64,000 nucleotides of DNA from Tannerella sp. (GTDB lineage: Bacteria > Bacteroidota > Bacteroidia > Bacteroidales > Tannerellaceae), in assembly GCA_031289275.1 (NCBI GenBank), contig JAITPV010000047.1, forward strand, positions 13,321 to 77,320, written 5' to 3'. Made by a program: the position numbers and the translations under genes. A model generated the notes under the pieces. It did no database searches. It was given only the letters and a program-made list of their open reading frames with translations, and was not told the DNA's origin. The number at the start of each line of letters is the position of its first letter. Positions within the stretch are counted from its first letter, which is position 1. This document shows positions 30,590 to 40,074 of the stretch, piece after piece.

Positions 30590-30935
30590 GCAAAATAATC
30601 TATTCCGCCAAACATTTTGCCCACTATTTCATCCGAAGAATTGAGAATTGAAAATTGAGAATTGAGAATGAAATGACTGTCGGTATTCTTCGTCGTGTTG
30701 GGTTTGATGCCTTTTCTCAACACAGCTGCCGTCACTGCGAGGTACGAAGCAGTCGCCGATACACTAAGTCCATCAGTTGTATGGGCGATTGCTTCACTGC
30801 GTTCGCAATGACGAGGTGCGACGGATTCCGCCGCGCTACGTTCACGATGACGAGGCCGGGCGAATTCGTAATGGAAGGCTCGTTTCATAGTTTTATATTA
30901 TTTATTTTAGTCCCCTATTATATTTTAATTCGGCA

Positions 30936-30943
30936 CAAAAATA
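30936..30943 (-). promoter_or_regulatory. Bacteroidetes -7 promoter box upstream of the leader ORF / HU / T9SS cluster
   Basis: TATTTTTG on the minus strand (TAnnTTTG consensus), about 48 bp before the ATG at 30888. Confidence 0.55.
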
Positions 30944-31014
30944 GGTATAATAAAATAGATAATGGCCTAAAACGTCAAAAAAGTTATACAAAAACGTCAA
31001 AAACTTTTGAACCG

Positions 31015-32520
31015 TTATTCTACCGTGATCGGTTTATACTTCGGCACGAGTGTTTTCATTACTATCCAGGCAATGAGGTAGGCAACGGCACAGACGATAA
31101 AGGCGACGGCATAGCCGGCCGGTTTGCCTTCAAATCCCATGAAAACCATCGGTTCACGCAGGATGGTAGCGCCTTGTGCGAGCGCCTCCTTCGTCAGTTC
31201 CACCGTTTTCCCTTCGACGCTTACCGCGGCTCCCGAACTGTACGTGAACAACATGCCTGCGCCCTTTTGAACGAACACCGATCCGATCCCTCCGGCCATC
31301 CCTCCGATACCGGTAATGGTCGCAATGGCGCTTTTGGGGAACATGTCGCCGACCGTGGTAAAGAGATTCGCCGACCAGGCCTGATGCGCCGAAGCGCCGA
31401 CGGAAATCAGCAGGATGGGCAGCCAGTAACTGATGAATCCCAACGGCTGGGCGGCCAGCACGACTAACGGGAAAAAGGCGATGATCAACATGGCCGACAT
31501 GCGCCCGGCATACGGGTTCATGCCCCGGTTGATAAAATACGTGGGAAACTTGCCGCCGAACACGGAACCGACCACCGTGATCGTGTACAGCACCGCAATG
31601 GGCAATGCAATATCCGTGCCGGTCATGTTGTATTGCGCTTTCAGATAGGCCGGCGTCCAGAAGAGGAAAAACCACCACACGCCGTCGGTCATGAATTTCC
31701 CGAATGCGAACGCCCACGTTTGTTTATAGGTCATGCACCGGAAGAACGGTATTTTTTTCGGCGCCTCTCCGGCCTGTTGTTCCGGCGCATTTTCGTTACC
31801 GTCCTGATTGATATAAGCGCGTTCCGCCGCGTTCATGGCCGTGTTTTCTTCCGGTTTTTTATAGATGAACAGCCAAAGTCCCAACCAGATAAATCCGATT
31901 AACCCGACCACGATAAAGGCCGTTTCCCAGCCCCAGTATTTAGCCATCAGCGGCACGGTGAGCGGCGCGACGATAGCGCCTACGTTCGCGCCCGAATTGA
32001 AGATGCCGGTGGCAAAGGCGCGGTCTTTTTTCGGGAAATATTCGGCTGTCGCTTTGATGGCTGCCGGGAAGTTGCCTGCTTCGCCGAGCGCCAACATGCA
32101 GCGGCAGACGACAAAGGCGGTGACGCTGATGACGGATATCTGCGCCGCCAGATCGGAGCCTGCGGCTACCGTGCGAAGCGCTTCCGCATTGGGCAGTCCC
32201 GTCCACCATTCCGTGGCTACTCCGCACACGGCGTGAATGGCTGCGCCCACAGACCATATCCCGATTGCCCAGGCATAGCCTTTTTTCGTACCTATTTTGT
32301 CGACAAAACTGCCGGCAAAGAGCATCGAAACGGCATAAAACAAAGAAAAGATGGCGGTGATGGTGCCGTAATCATCGTCCGTCCAGTGGAACTGCTCTTC
32401 CAGCATCGGTTGTAACAGCGACAGCACTTGTCTGTCCAAATAATTCACCGTAGTTGCAAAAAACAACATGGCGCAGATGACCCAGCGGTAACGGGTCATT
32501 TTCTCATTTATATTACTCAT
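31015..32520 (-). CDS. exuT: MFS hexuronate transporter
   Basis: RWVICAMLFFATTVNYLDRQ, GEAGNFPAAIK..AEYFP, FNSGANVG. True start MSNINE at 32520. Confidence 0.92.
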   Translation of the reverse strand: MSNINEKMTRYRWVICAMLFFATTVNYLDRQVLSLLQPMLEEQFHWTDDDYGTITAIFSLFYAVSMLFAGSFVDKIGTKKGYAWAIGIWSVGAAIHAVCGVATEWWTGLPNAEALRTVAAGSDLAAQISVISVTAFVVCRCMLALGEAGNFPAAIKATAEYFPKKDRAFATGIFNSGANVGAIVAPLTVPLMAKYWGWETAFIVVGLIGFIWLGLWLFIYKKPEENTAMNAAERAYINQDGNENAPEQQAGEAPKKIPFFRCMTYKQTWAFAFGKFMTDGVWWFFLFWTPAYLKAQYNMTGTDIALPIAVLYTITVVGSVFGGKFPTYFINRGMNPYAGRMSAMLIIAFFPLVVLAAQPLGFISYWLPILLISVGASAHQAWSANLFTTVGDMFPKSAIATITGIGGMAGGIGSVFVQKGAGMLFTYSSGAAVSVEGKTVELTKEALAQGATILREPMVFMGFEGKPAGYAVAFIVCAVAYLIAWIVMKTLVPKYKPITVE

Positions 32521-32531
32521 ATTCGATTCGT

Positions 32532-33329
32532 TTATTCGGGTTGTTTTCCAATATAGGCCAGAATGCCGCCGTCGACATAAAGCACATGTCCGTTCACAAA
32601 GTCGGAAGCTGCGGAAGCCAGGAAGACCGCCGGCCCCTGCAAATCGTCGGTCGTCCCCCAACGCGCGGCCGGGGTCTTGGCCAGGATGAAGCGGTCGAAG
32701 GGATGCCGGGAGCCGTCGGGCCGAATCTCGCGCAACGGCGCCGTTTGCGGCGTAGCGATATAACCCGGCCCGATGCCGTTGCATTGAATGTTGTATTGGC
32801 CGTATTCGGAGGCGATGTTACGGGTCAGCATCTTCAGTCCGCCTTTGGCCGCCGCATAGGCGGAAACGGTTTCGCGTCCCAGTTCGCTCATCATGGAACA
32901 GATATTGATGATTTTCCCGTGTCCTTTCCGGATCATGCCCGGAATCACCGCTTTGGAAACAATAAACGGCCCGTTCAGGTCTATATCAATGACCTGTCGG
33001 AACTCGGCGGCGCTCATCTCATGCATGGGAATCCGCTTGATGATGCCGGCATTGTTCACCAGAATGTCAACGGCGCCGACTTCTTTTTCGACTCGTGCGA
33101 CCAGGGCGTTGACCTGCTCTTCGTTCGTCACGTCGCACACGTAGCCGTGCGCCCGGATACCGGCTTCCTGATAAGAAGCCAGCCCTTTATCGACCAGCGC
33201 CTGACTGATGTCATTGAATACAATGGTGGCGCCGGCCTTGGCAAAAGCCGCCGCAATAGCCCATCCGATACCATAAGATGCGCCGGTAATCAGCGCGATT
33301 TTTCCGTCTAATGAAAATTGATTATCCAT
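32532..33329 (-). CDS. kduD: 2-deoxy-D-gluconate 3-dehydrogenase / gluconate 5-dehydrogenase (SDR)
   Basis: TGASYGIG, NNAG, YAAAKGG; position in the uronate operon. Confidence 0.85.
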   Translation of the reverse strand: MDNQFSLDGKIALITGASYGIGWAIAAAFAKAGATIVFNDISQALVDKGLASYQEAGIRAHGYVCDVTNEEQVNALVARVEKEVGAVDILVNNAGIIKRIPMHEMSAAEFRQVIDIDLNGPFIVSKAVIPGMIRKGHGKIINICSMMSELGRETVSAYAAAKGGLKMLTRNIASEYGQYNIQCNGIGPGYIATPQTAPLREIRPDGSRHPFDRFILAKTPAARWGTTDDLQGPAVFLASAASDFVNGHVLYVDGGILAYIGKQPE

Positions 33330-33369
33330 AGTTGATAGTTATATATATTATTATGTAATGATACGCTGT

Positions 33370-34419
33370 TTATCTTGAAACCCGTCCGGAGCCGTCGCCT
33401 TTCAGCAGGTTTTCCACTTCGGCAACGCCGACCAGATTGAAATCTCCGTAAATCGTGTGTTTCAGGCAGGATGCGGCCACCGCAAAATCCAACGCCTTCT
33501 GCGGATCGGACGGCCAGGTAATGAGGCCGTAAATCAGTCCGCCCATAAAGGAATCGCCCCCGCCGACGCGGTCGACGATATGCGTAATGTCATACCGTTG
33601 GGATTGATACAGCCTGTCGGCATGTAACACGCCTTCCCAGGTATTGTGATTGGCATTGATGGAACCGCGAAGGGTGATGATGACTTTTTGCGCTCGGGGG
33701 AAACGTTCCTTCAACCGGAGGCAGACCGATTCAAACCGGGCGGCCTCTATGGCCCCGCCGGTATGCGTGGCGTCAAAACCTTCCGGCCGGATGCCGAAAA
33801 CCTTTTCGGCGTCTTCTTCATTTCCCAAAATCACATCACACCCTTCTACCAGCGCCGGCATAACCTCGGCCGCCGTTTGGCCGTATTTCCACAGGTTTTT
33901 GCGATAATTCAGGTCGGCGGATACGGGAATCCCCAACCGGTTAGCGGCTCGGATCGCTTCCAGACATACCTCGGCCGCACCTTGCGAGAGCGCCGGCGTA
34001 ATGCCTGTCCAGTGAAACCACCGGGCGTCTCCGAATATCGCATCCCAGTCTATCATGCCCGGTTGAACCCCGGCTATCGAAGATCCGGCACGGTCATACA
34101 CGACTTTCGAGGCGCGGGCTACCGCTCCGGTCTCCAGAAAATAAATCCCTACGCGCTCTCCGCCCCGGATGATGTTTTCCGTTCCTACATTATATTTACG
34201 CAATTCGGCCATGCACCATTCGGCAATGTCATTCCGGGGGAGACGGGTCACAAATTCCGCCGGAATGCCATAGTTGGCCAGCGAGACCGCTACATTGGCC
34301 TCTCCTCCGCCAAAAGTGGCCGATAATTGATTCGATTGAATAAACCGTTGATATCCGGGCGTTGCCAGGCGCAACATGATTTCCCCGAAGGTAACTACTT
34401 TCTTCATAGCAACTAACAT
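33370..34419 (-). CDS. kdgK: 2-keto-3-deoxygluconate kinase (PfkB family)
   Basis: FGEIMLRL, GGGEANVA, DRVGGGDSF. Confidence 0.92.
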   Translation of the reverse strand: MLVAMKKVVTFGEIMLRLATPGYQRFIQSNQLSATFGGGEANVAVSLANYGIPAEFVTRLPRNDIAEWCMAELRKYNVGTENIIRGGERVGIYFLETGAVARASKVVYDRAGSSIAGVQPGMIDWDAIFGDARWFHWTGITPALSQGAAEVCLEAIRAANRLGIPVSADLNYRKNLWKYGQTAAEVMPALVEGCDVILGNEEDAEKVFGIRPEGFDATHTGGAIEAARFESVCLRLKERFPRAQKVIITLRGSINANHNTWEGVLHADRLYQSQRYDITHIVDRVGGGDSFMGGLIYGLITWPSDPQKALDFAVAASCLKHTIYGDFNLVGVAEVENLLKGDGSGRVSR

Positions 34420-34420
34420 A

Positions 34421-35590
34421 TTAATATATTACAATAAGAGGCCGTTCCAGACTTGCCGCAAATTGGGCGATCAGGGCTTGAAAATCGTTTACCGCCGGAA
34501 ACCCGGACTTGCTCCACCCGTAGCCGGTATAATAGGTCACGGGGGTATCCGGACGGCAGGAAGTAATCCCCAATACGTGGGAATGTGTCTCTTCCTTTCC
34601 CGTTTTCGGGTGAATCAAGGTATAGGTATCGACCACCGTCTGTTCCAGTCCGGACGGGAATACGGTTCCGACATAGACATTGCCCACCGTTTCGCCGGTC
34701 GGTTCGGCATAGATAAGCGTGGCCGTTCCGTGGGCGGTAACATTTTTCAGAATCGCATCGTTTCCCGGACGTTTGACAATGCCCGCGGCCACGGGAATGA
34801 CTTCGTCCGTGCCGTAGGCCTGAATGACTTTCGTCAGTTGGGAACCGGCATCCAGCGAGAATGTCCGGCTTTCGCCGAACGTTTTTCCCGCGACATCCAT
34901 ATCCTTATATGTTAACCGGAACGTGGTACGTAACGGGCCGTTTTCAAACACTTCCTGCCGGACGAAATTATCGTTCAGCCAAAGTTTCCGGTCGACATAA
35001 GGCGCCATCATCCCGCCGCCTAACGTGCGTCCCACCTTATAATCATCCAGCCCTTCGCCGTGATCTTCGTGATAAGACCTCACGCCCGCAAGATCGTCCC
35101 CGTACCATTTGTCGATAATCAAATCGGCGGTACGCTTGTACCAAAAGTCAAGGCCGTTGCTCGGGCCGTCGATTTCGACCAGCGCCGGGCCGTAGATACG
35201 GAAGGCTACACGGTCGTTTTCCCAGGCGAAATCGTCTTTCCGTTCGGTGATAAAACGGCCGTAAGTCTTGGGCGGAAAGGTTTGCGGAGTGCCGGCGGAA
35301 AGCGTGTACGTAACGGATTCCCCGGCTTTCGTTCCGGCCTGAAAGATGAGTTTCCCGTCATAGGTGATCTGAGTGGGGAGGATTTCCTGATTTTCATTCG
35401 CAAGCACAAACGTTTGTCCCTCCCCTAACGCTATTTTCGCAGTCAAATCGCTTACCGGGATTTCAACTATTTCCGCCGAACGGTCAAAGTCGCTTGGGTT
35501 TTCGACCGTGAGACGGAGCGTTTTTCCCGGCACGCACGAAATGAGCGCGACAGCCGACCACAGCAGGAACGCCCGGCTTTTTTCGATCAT
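34421..35590 (-). CDS. DUF4861 family lipoprotein
   Basis: Lipobox ISC, ERKDDFAWENDRVAFRIYGP, YHEDHGEGLD.YKVG.TLG. Confidence 0.8.
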   Translation of the reverse strand: MIEKSRAFLLWSAVALISCVPGKTLRLTVENPSDFDRSAEIVEIPVSDLTAKIALGEGQTFVLANENQEILPTQITYDGKLIFQAGTKAGESVTYTLSAGTPQTFPPKTYGRFITERKDDFAWENDRVAFRIYGPALVEIDGPSNGLDFWYKRTADLIIDKWYGDDLAGVRSYHEDHGEGLDDYKVGRTLGGGMMAPYVDRKLWLNDNFVRQEVFENGPLRTTFRLTYKDMDVAGKTFGESRTFSLDAGSQLTKVIQAYGTDEVIPVAAGIVKRPGNDAILKNVTAHGTATLIYAEPTGETVGNVYVGTVFPSGLEQTVVDTYTLIHPKTGKEETHSHVLGITSCRPDTPVTYYTGYGWSKSGFPAVNDFQALIAQFAASLERPLIVIY

Positions 35591-36432
35591 TATCGTAATT
35601 TATCGGCGGTAAATGTATTCATATCGTCGTAATCCAGATTTTCACCGCACATCGCCCAGATGAAACTGTAATTACTTGTCCCGGCGGCAGCGTGAATCGA
35701 CCACGAGGGCGAGATAATCGCCTGTTCGTTCCCCATGAAAATATGGCGCGTTTCCTGAGGTTCACCCATAAAATGACAGACGGCCTGTTGTTCGGGCACC
35801 TTGAAATAGAAATAGGCTTCCATCCGGCGCGAATGTGTATGCGGCGGCATGGTGTTCCATACGCTGCCTTCCTTGATTTCGGTCAGTCCCATTTGCAGTT
35901 GGCAACAAGGCACGATCTCACTCAGGATGATTTGATTCAGCAGGCGCTCGTTGGACGACGCCCTGACGCCTAAATCACGTGTGCGACGCAGTTCTTTCGT
36001 GATCTGCGCCGTCGGATAACTCGCATGTGCCGGCGATGAGGCCAGATAAAACTTGGCCGGCCGTGCGGCATCTTTGCTTTCGAAATAAACCTCTTTCGCC
36101 CCGCGTCCGATATAGACGGCGTCCTTGAATGTCAGGGCATAATCAATGCCGTCGACCGAAACGGTTCCTTCGCCGTCAATACAAATAACGCCCACTTCGC
36201 GCCGTTCGCAAAAATAAGCCGAGCGGATCAAATCGACGGTTTCCAGTTTGATTTTTTCCTTGACCGGATATGCCCCGCCAATGATCAACCGGTCATTATG
36301 CGTATAAGTCAACAAAACCGTTTCCGGCTCAAACAATTTCTCTACTAAAAACTCTTTCCTTAATTGATTGGTGTCATACCGTTTCACATCATTGGGGTGT
36401 GTCCCCCAACGTTCTTCAATGAATGTCTTCAT
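35590..36432 (-). CDS. kduI: 5-dehydro-4-deoxy-D-glucuronate isomerase
   Basis: CQLQMGLT, WNTMPPHTHSRRME, SPSWSIH, WAMCGEN. Confidence 0.95.
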   Translation of the reverse strand: MKTFIEERWGTHPNDVKRYDTNQLRKEFLVEKLFEPETVLLTYTHNDRLIIGGAYPVKEKIKLETVDLIRSAYFCERREVGVICIDGEGTVSVDGIDYALTFKDAVYIGRGAKEVYFESKDAARPAKFYLASSPAHASYPTAQITKELRRTRDLGVRASSNERLLNQIILSEIVPCCQLQMGLTEIKEGSVWNTMPPHTHSRRMEAYFYFKVPEQQAVCHFMGEPQETRHIFMGNEQAIISPSWSIHAAAGTSNYSFIWAMCGENLDYDDMNTFTADKLR

Positions 36433-36578
36433 ATTAATTACTGCTATTTATTAATGATGCTTTTTTCGCGCCTAAAAGTATGAAATATATTCGAAAGGTG
36501 AGGCAGAACAGCGGAAAATATAGATATTTTTAATACATTTGCCGCGTATTATTGATAACTACAAAATATCGAAAGTGA

Positions 36579-37709
36579 ATGAAGAAAGTTTTTGTCAGCG
36601 GATGTTATGATATGCTGCACAGCGGACATGTAGCCTTTTTTGAAGAGGCTGCCGGTTATGGGGATTTATATGTGGGTATCGGATCCGATAAAACGATTTG
36701 CGAATTGAAAGCCCGGAAACCGATCAATACGGACGCTGAGCGTCTTTATATGGTAAAAGCCCTGCGGGCGGTCAAAGACGCCTGGATTAACCGGGGAAAC
36801 GGAGTGCTTGATTTCATAGATGAAATAAAAGCGCTCAAACCGGATATCTTTTTTGTGAACAGTGATGGTCATAGCCCCGTCAAAGAGCAACTTTGCAGAG
36901 AATTGGATATTGCCTATATTATAAGCAAACGCATCCCGTCCGCAGGCCTGCCGGTGCGTTCAACCACGGCGTTGCGGGAAGAGTGCAGGATTCCTTACCG
37001 GATTGACCTGGCCGGCGGATGGCTGGATCAGCCGTTTGTGAGTAAGCATCACCCGGGCGCCGTTCTAACCGTCAGTATCGAACCGGACTATGAGTTTAAC
37101 GACCGGAGCGGCATGTCCACCAGTTCGCGTAAAAAGGCGATCGAATTGTGGCATACGGATATTCCGGAAGGAGATAAGGAGAAACTGGCAAAAACGCTGT
37201 TTTGTTTCGAGAATCCGCCGGGGACAAAGTATGTAAGCGGCTCGCAAGACGCGCTGGGAATCGTGTACCCGGGTCTGAACCGGTTGCATTACCAAGGCAA
37301 TTACTGGCCTGAAGCCATTGATTCCATTAACGATCCGGAATTATTGAATTGGATAGAGGAGCGGCTCTGGTTGATCCCGTTATTTCCGCGACATGCCACC
37401 TATGACGTATTGTCCGACACGAAAGTGAGCAAAGAAGAAGTCTTCCGGTTAAGCAATGCCGCCGAAGCCTGCTGGCAAGCCATCCTGTCACGGGATACCG
37501 CCGCATGGGGAAAAGCTTTTTCGGCAAGTTTCGAGGCGCAGACCGCCATGTTTCCGAATATGGTATCGCCGGAAATCTTAACGGTTCTGGATAAATATAA
37601 ACCGACCGTATCCGGATGGAAAATAACCGGAGCCGGCGGCGGCGGCTACTTTGTTTTTGTGAACGACCAACCAATCGCCAATGCGATACAAATACGAATC
37701 AGAAGATAA
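36579..37709 (+). CDS. Cytidylyltransferase-family domain fused to a GHMP-kinase-like domain
   Basis: [10 protein letters not shown] (HxGH) at the N-terminus; [19 protein letters not shown] and KITGAGGGG in the C-terminal part. Confidence 0.85.
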   Translation: MKKVFVSGCYDMLHSGHVAFFEEAAGYGDLYVGIGSDKTICELKARKPINTDAERLYMVKALRAVKDAWINRGNGVLDFIDEIKALKPDIFFVNSDGHSPVKEQLCRELDIAYIISKRIPSAGLPVRSTTALREECRIPYRIDLAGGWLDQPFVSKHHPGAVLTVSIEPDYEFNDRSGMSTSSRKKAIELWHTDIPEGDKEKLAKTLFCFENPPGTKYVSGSQDALGIVYPGLNRLHYQGNYWPEAIDSINDPELLNWIEERLWLIPLFPRHATYDVLSDTKVSKEEVFRLSNAAEACWQAILSRDTAAWGKAFSASFEAQTAMFPNMVSPEILTVLDKYKPTVSGWKITGAGGGGYFVFVNDQPIANAIQIRIRR

Positions 37710-37719
37710 ATTATTACAT

Positions 37720-38619
37720 ATGAAAGGAATTGTATTGTCCGGAGGTTCCGGAACCCGTCTGTATCCCATTACGAAAGGGATATCCAAACAAATGATACCC
37801 GTCTACGATAAACCGATGATTTATTATCCGATATCGGTGTTGATGCTGGCGGATATACGCGAAATATTAATTATCTCAACTCCGCAGGATTTACCCGGTT
37901 TCCAACGGTTATTGGGCGACGGCTCGGACTTGGGCGTCCGTTTCGAATATGCGGAGCAACCCTCTCCGGACGGTTTGGCGCAAGCCTTCCTTATCGGAGC
38001 GGATTTTATCGGAAACGATACGGTAAGTTTGGTGTTGGGCGATAATATTTTTTACGGGCAAGGCTTTACTAAAATGCTACGGGAAGCTGTTTTTTCCACC
38101 GAACGGGAACAGAAGGCCACCATATTCGGTTACTACGTGAATGATCCCGAACGTTATGGGGTTGCAGCATTTGACAATCAGGGAAATGTATTGAGCGTGG
38201 AAGAAAAGCCTGCGCATCCGGCCTCAAATTATGCAGTGGTCGGACTGTACTTTTATCCGAACAAGGTGGTCGATATTGCACGGAAGATTAAACCTTCCGC
38301 CCGCGGAGAACTGGAAATCACCTCCGTCAACCGACATTTTCTGGATCACCGGGAATTAAAGATGCAATTATTGGGCAGAGGATTCGCCTGGCTGGATACA
38401 GGAACCCATGCGTCATTGTCGGAAGCATCCACTTTTGTCGAAGTTATTGAACAAAGACAAGGTCTGAAAATAGCCTGCCTGGAAGAAATTGCCTACGGGA
38501 AAGGTTGGATTGACGCCGCCCAATTGAGAAAAAATGCACTCCCCATGCTTAAAAATCCATATGGACAATATCTCATGAAATTAGTGGAAAATCATCCACA
38601 AACGATTGACAACAAATAA
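37720..38619 (+). CDS. rfbA: Glucose-1-phosphate thymidylyltransferase
   Basis: [38 protein letters not shown]. Confidence 0.96.
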   Translation: MKGIVLSGGSGTRLYPITKGISKQMIPVYDKPMIYYPISVLMLADIREILIISTPQDLPGFQRLLGDGSDLGVRFEYAEQPSPDGLAQAFLIGADFIGNDTVSLVLGDNIFYGQGFTKMLREAVFSTEREQKATIFGYYVNDPERYGVAAFDNQGNVLSVEEKPAHPASNYAVVGLYFYPNKVVDIARKIKPSARGELEITSVNRHFLDHRELKMQLLGRGFAWLDTGTHASLSEASTFVEVIEQRQGLKIACLEEIAYGKGWIDAAQLRKNALPMLKNPYGQYLMKLVENHPQTIDNK

Positions 38620-38732
38620 AATAAATGCAATCATGACTTGTGCAAACTCATCAGAGAAGGCGAAAAAAAAACGGCCTGATTATAGAATATATAAGGGGAT
38701 AAGAAAAATTTATGCCCAAAACCTGCTTTTTA

Positions 38733-38763
38733 TTTGCCACAATTAAAAAAAGCATTACCTTTG
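38733..38763 (+). promoter_or_regulatory. Canonical Bacteroidetes promoter (-33 TTTG, 19 nt, -7 TACCTTTG) for ompA
   Basis: TTTG at 38733-38736 and TACCTTTG at 38756-38763. Confidence 0.75.
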
Positions 38764-38831
38764 CCTCAAATTATGTATGTATTTAAAGCAAAAAAAAATG
38801 ATATGAAAATGTTTAATAAAAATTGATGATT

Positions 38832-39977
38832 ATGAAAACTAAAGTATTACTTCTGACCATTTTATTTGGTTCTGTGCTGTTATTATCTGCGCAAGAATAT
38901 CAACCTCAGATAGGTTTCAGTACGGAAAACGGTTCTAAAACGAACTTTAAAAAGAACAAGGCTTCGGACAACATGTTTATTTCAATAGCAGGTGCTGCGA
39001 ATGTTTTGTTAGGTGATTTGAACGGAGATGCCGATTTCGGTGATCGTATCGCTCCTTCCGGCGCTATTTCGGTAGGAAAATGGTACAATCCGTATATGGC
39101 TTTCCGTTTGCAGGTAAATGGAGGTTTAATGAACAACTTCAGCGATGGCAACAAGCAGGAATTCCAATGGATTAATCCGCACGCTGACATTATGTGGGAC
39201 GTGACCAATTTTTGGGCGCCCTATAAAGAAGCTAAAGTATTTCATTTCATTCCATTCGTAGGTCTCGGATATGGAGTAAGAGCCGGTGCAACCGTGGACA
39301 ATATCAGTTACCCCAGATCGGAATCCCTTACGGCGAATCTTGGCGCTCAACTGTCATTCCGTCTGAGCAAAAGAGTGGATTTGTTTCTGGAAGGACAATA
39401 TGTCCTGGTGGGTGACCACTGGAACCGGACGTATACCGACAAACATGAATATGACCGTCCGGTACAAGCCTTGTTAGGTCTGAACTTTAATCTGGGCAGG
39501 AAAGAGTTTGAAGTCATTGAACCGATGGATTACGCTTTACTGAACGATTTAAATTCCCAAATCAACGCATTACGTGATCGCAATTCAGAATTGGAAAAAC
39601 GTCCGGAATACTGTCCGGAATGTCCGCCGCAAATCGCTCCTCCTCCGGCGAAGGAAACGCTTAACAATGTGGTTTATTTCCGCTTGAACAGCGCTAAGAT
39701 TGACAAGAACCAGGAAATTAACATCTTCAATACATCTGAGTTTGCGAAGAAAAACGGTTCGCCGATCAAGTTGGTAGGTTATGCCGACCGGAAAACAGGA
39801 AATCCTGATTATAACAAGGGCATTTCCGAAAGACGTGCAAGAGCGGTTGCCAAACAACTTATTGATAAATACGGAATTTCATCCAACAATATTTCCATCG
39901 AATGGAAAGGCGACGAAATTCAACCGTATAGCGAAAATGCTTGGAACCGCGTGGTTATCATGAATACCAATGAATGA
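38832..39977 (+). CDS. OmpA family outer-membrane protein (Pgm6/Pgm7-like)
   Basis: Beta-barrel N-half, RPEYCPECP linker, GYADRKTG..YN..ISERRA, WNRVVI. Confidence 0.92.
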   Translation: MKTKVLLLTILFGSVLLLSAQEYQPQIGFSTENGSKTNFKKNKASDNMFISIAGAANVLLGDLNGDADFGDRIAPSGAISVGKWYNPYMAFRLQVNGGLMNNFSDGNKQEFQWINPHADIMWDVTNFWAPYKEAKVFHFIPFVGLGYGVRAGATVDNISYPRSESLTANLGAQLSFRLSKRVDLFLEGQYVLVGDHWNRTYTDKHEYDRPVQALLGLNFNLGRKEFEVIEPMDYALLNDLNSQINALRDRNSELEKRPEYCPECPPQIAPPPAKETLNNVVYFRLNSAKIDKNQEINIFNTSEFAKKNGSPIKLVGYADRKTGNPDYNKGISERRARAVAKQLIDKYGISSNNISIEWKGDEIQPYSENAWNRVVIMNTNE

Positions 39978-40010
39978 TTTCCGGAGCAGGATTTATCCGA
40001 CATAAAAAGC

Positions 40011-40046
40011 AAAAAAAACCGATGGATGGATTCCATCGGTTTTTTT
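40011..40046. terminator. Bidirectional intrinsic terminator
   Basis: A8-CCGATGGA-TGGAT-TCCATCGG-T-run between convergent genes. Confidence 0.88.
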
Positions 40047-40074
40047 ATTTTCCGCCGCGATTCTCCGTAAACCT

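Noticed and set aside
32521..32784. N-terminal extension of the 589-aa MFS ORF
   Set aside because: It overlaps kduD in another frame; MFS homology starts at the ATG at 32520.
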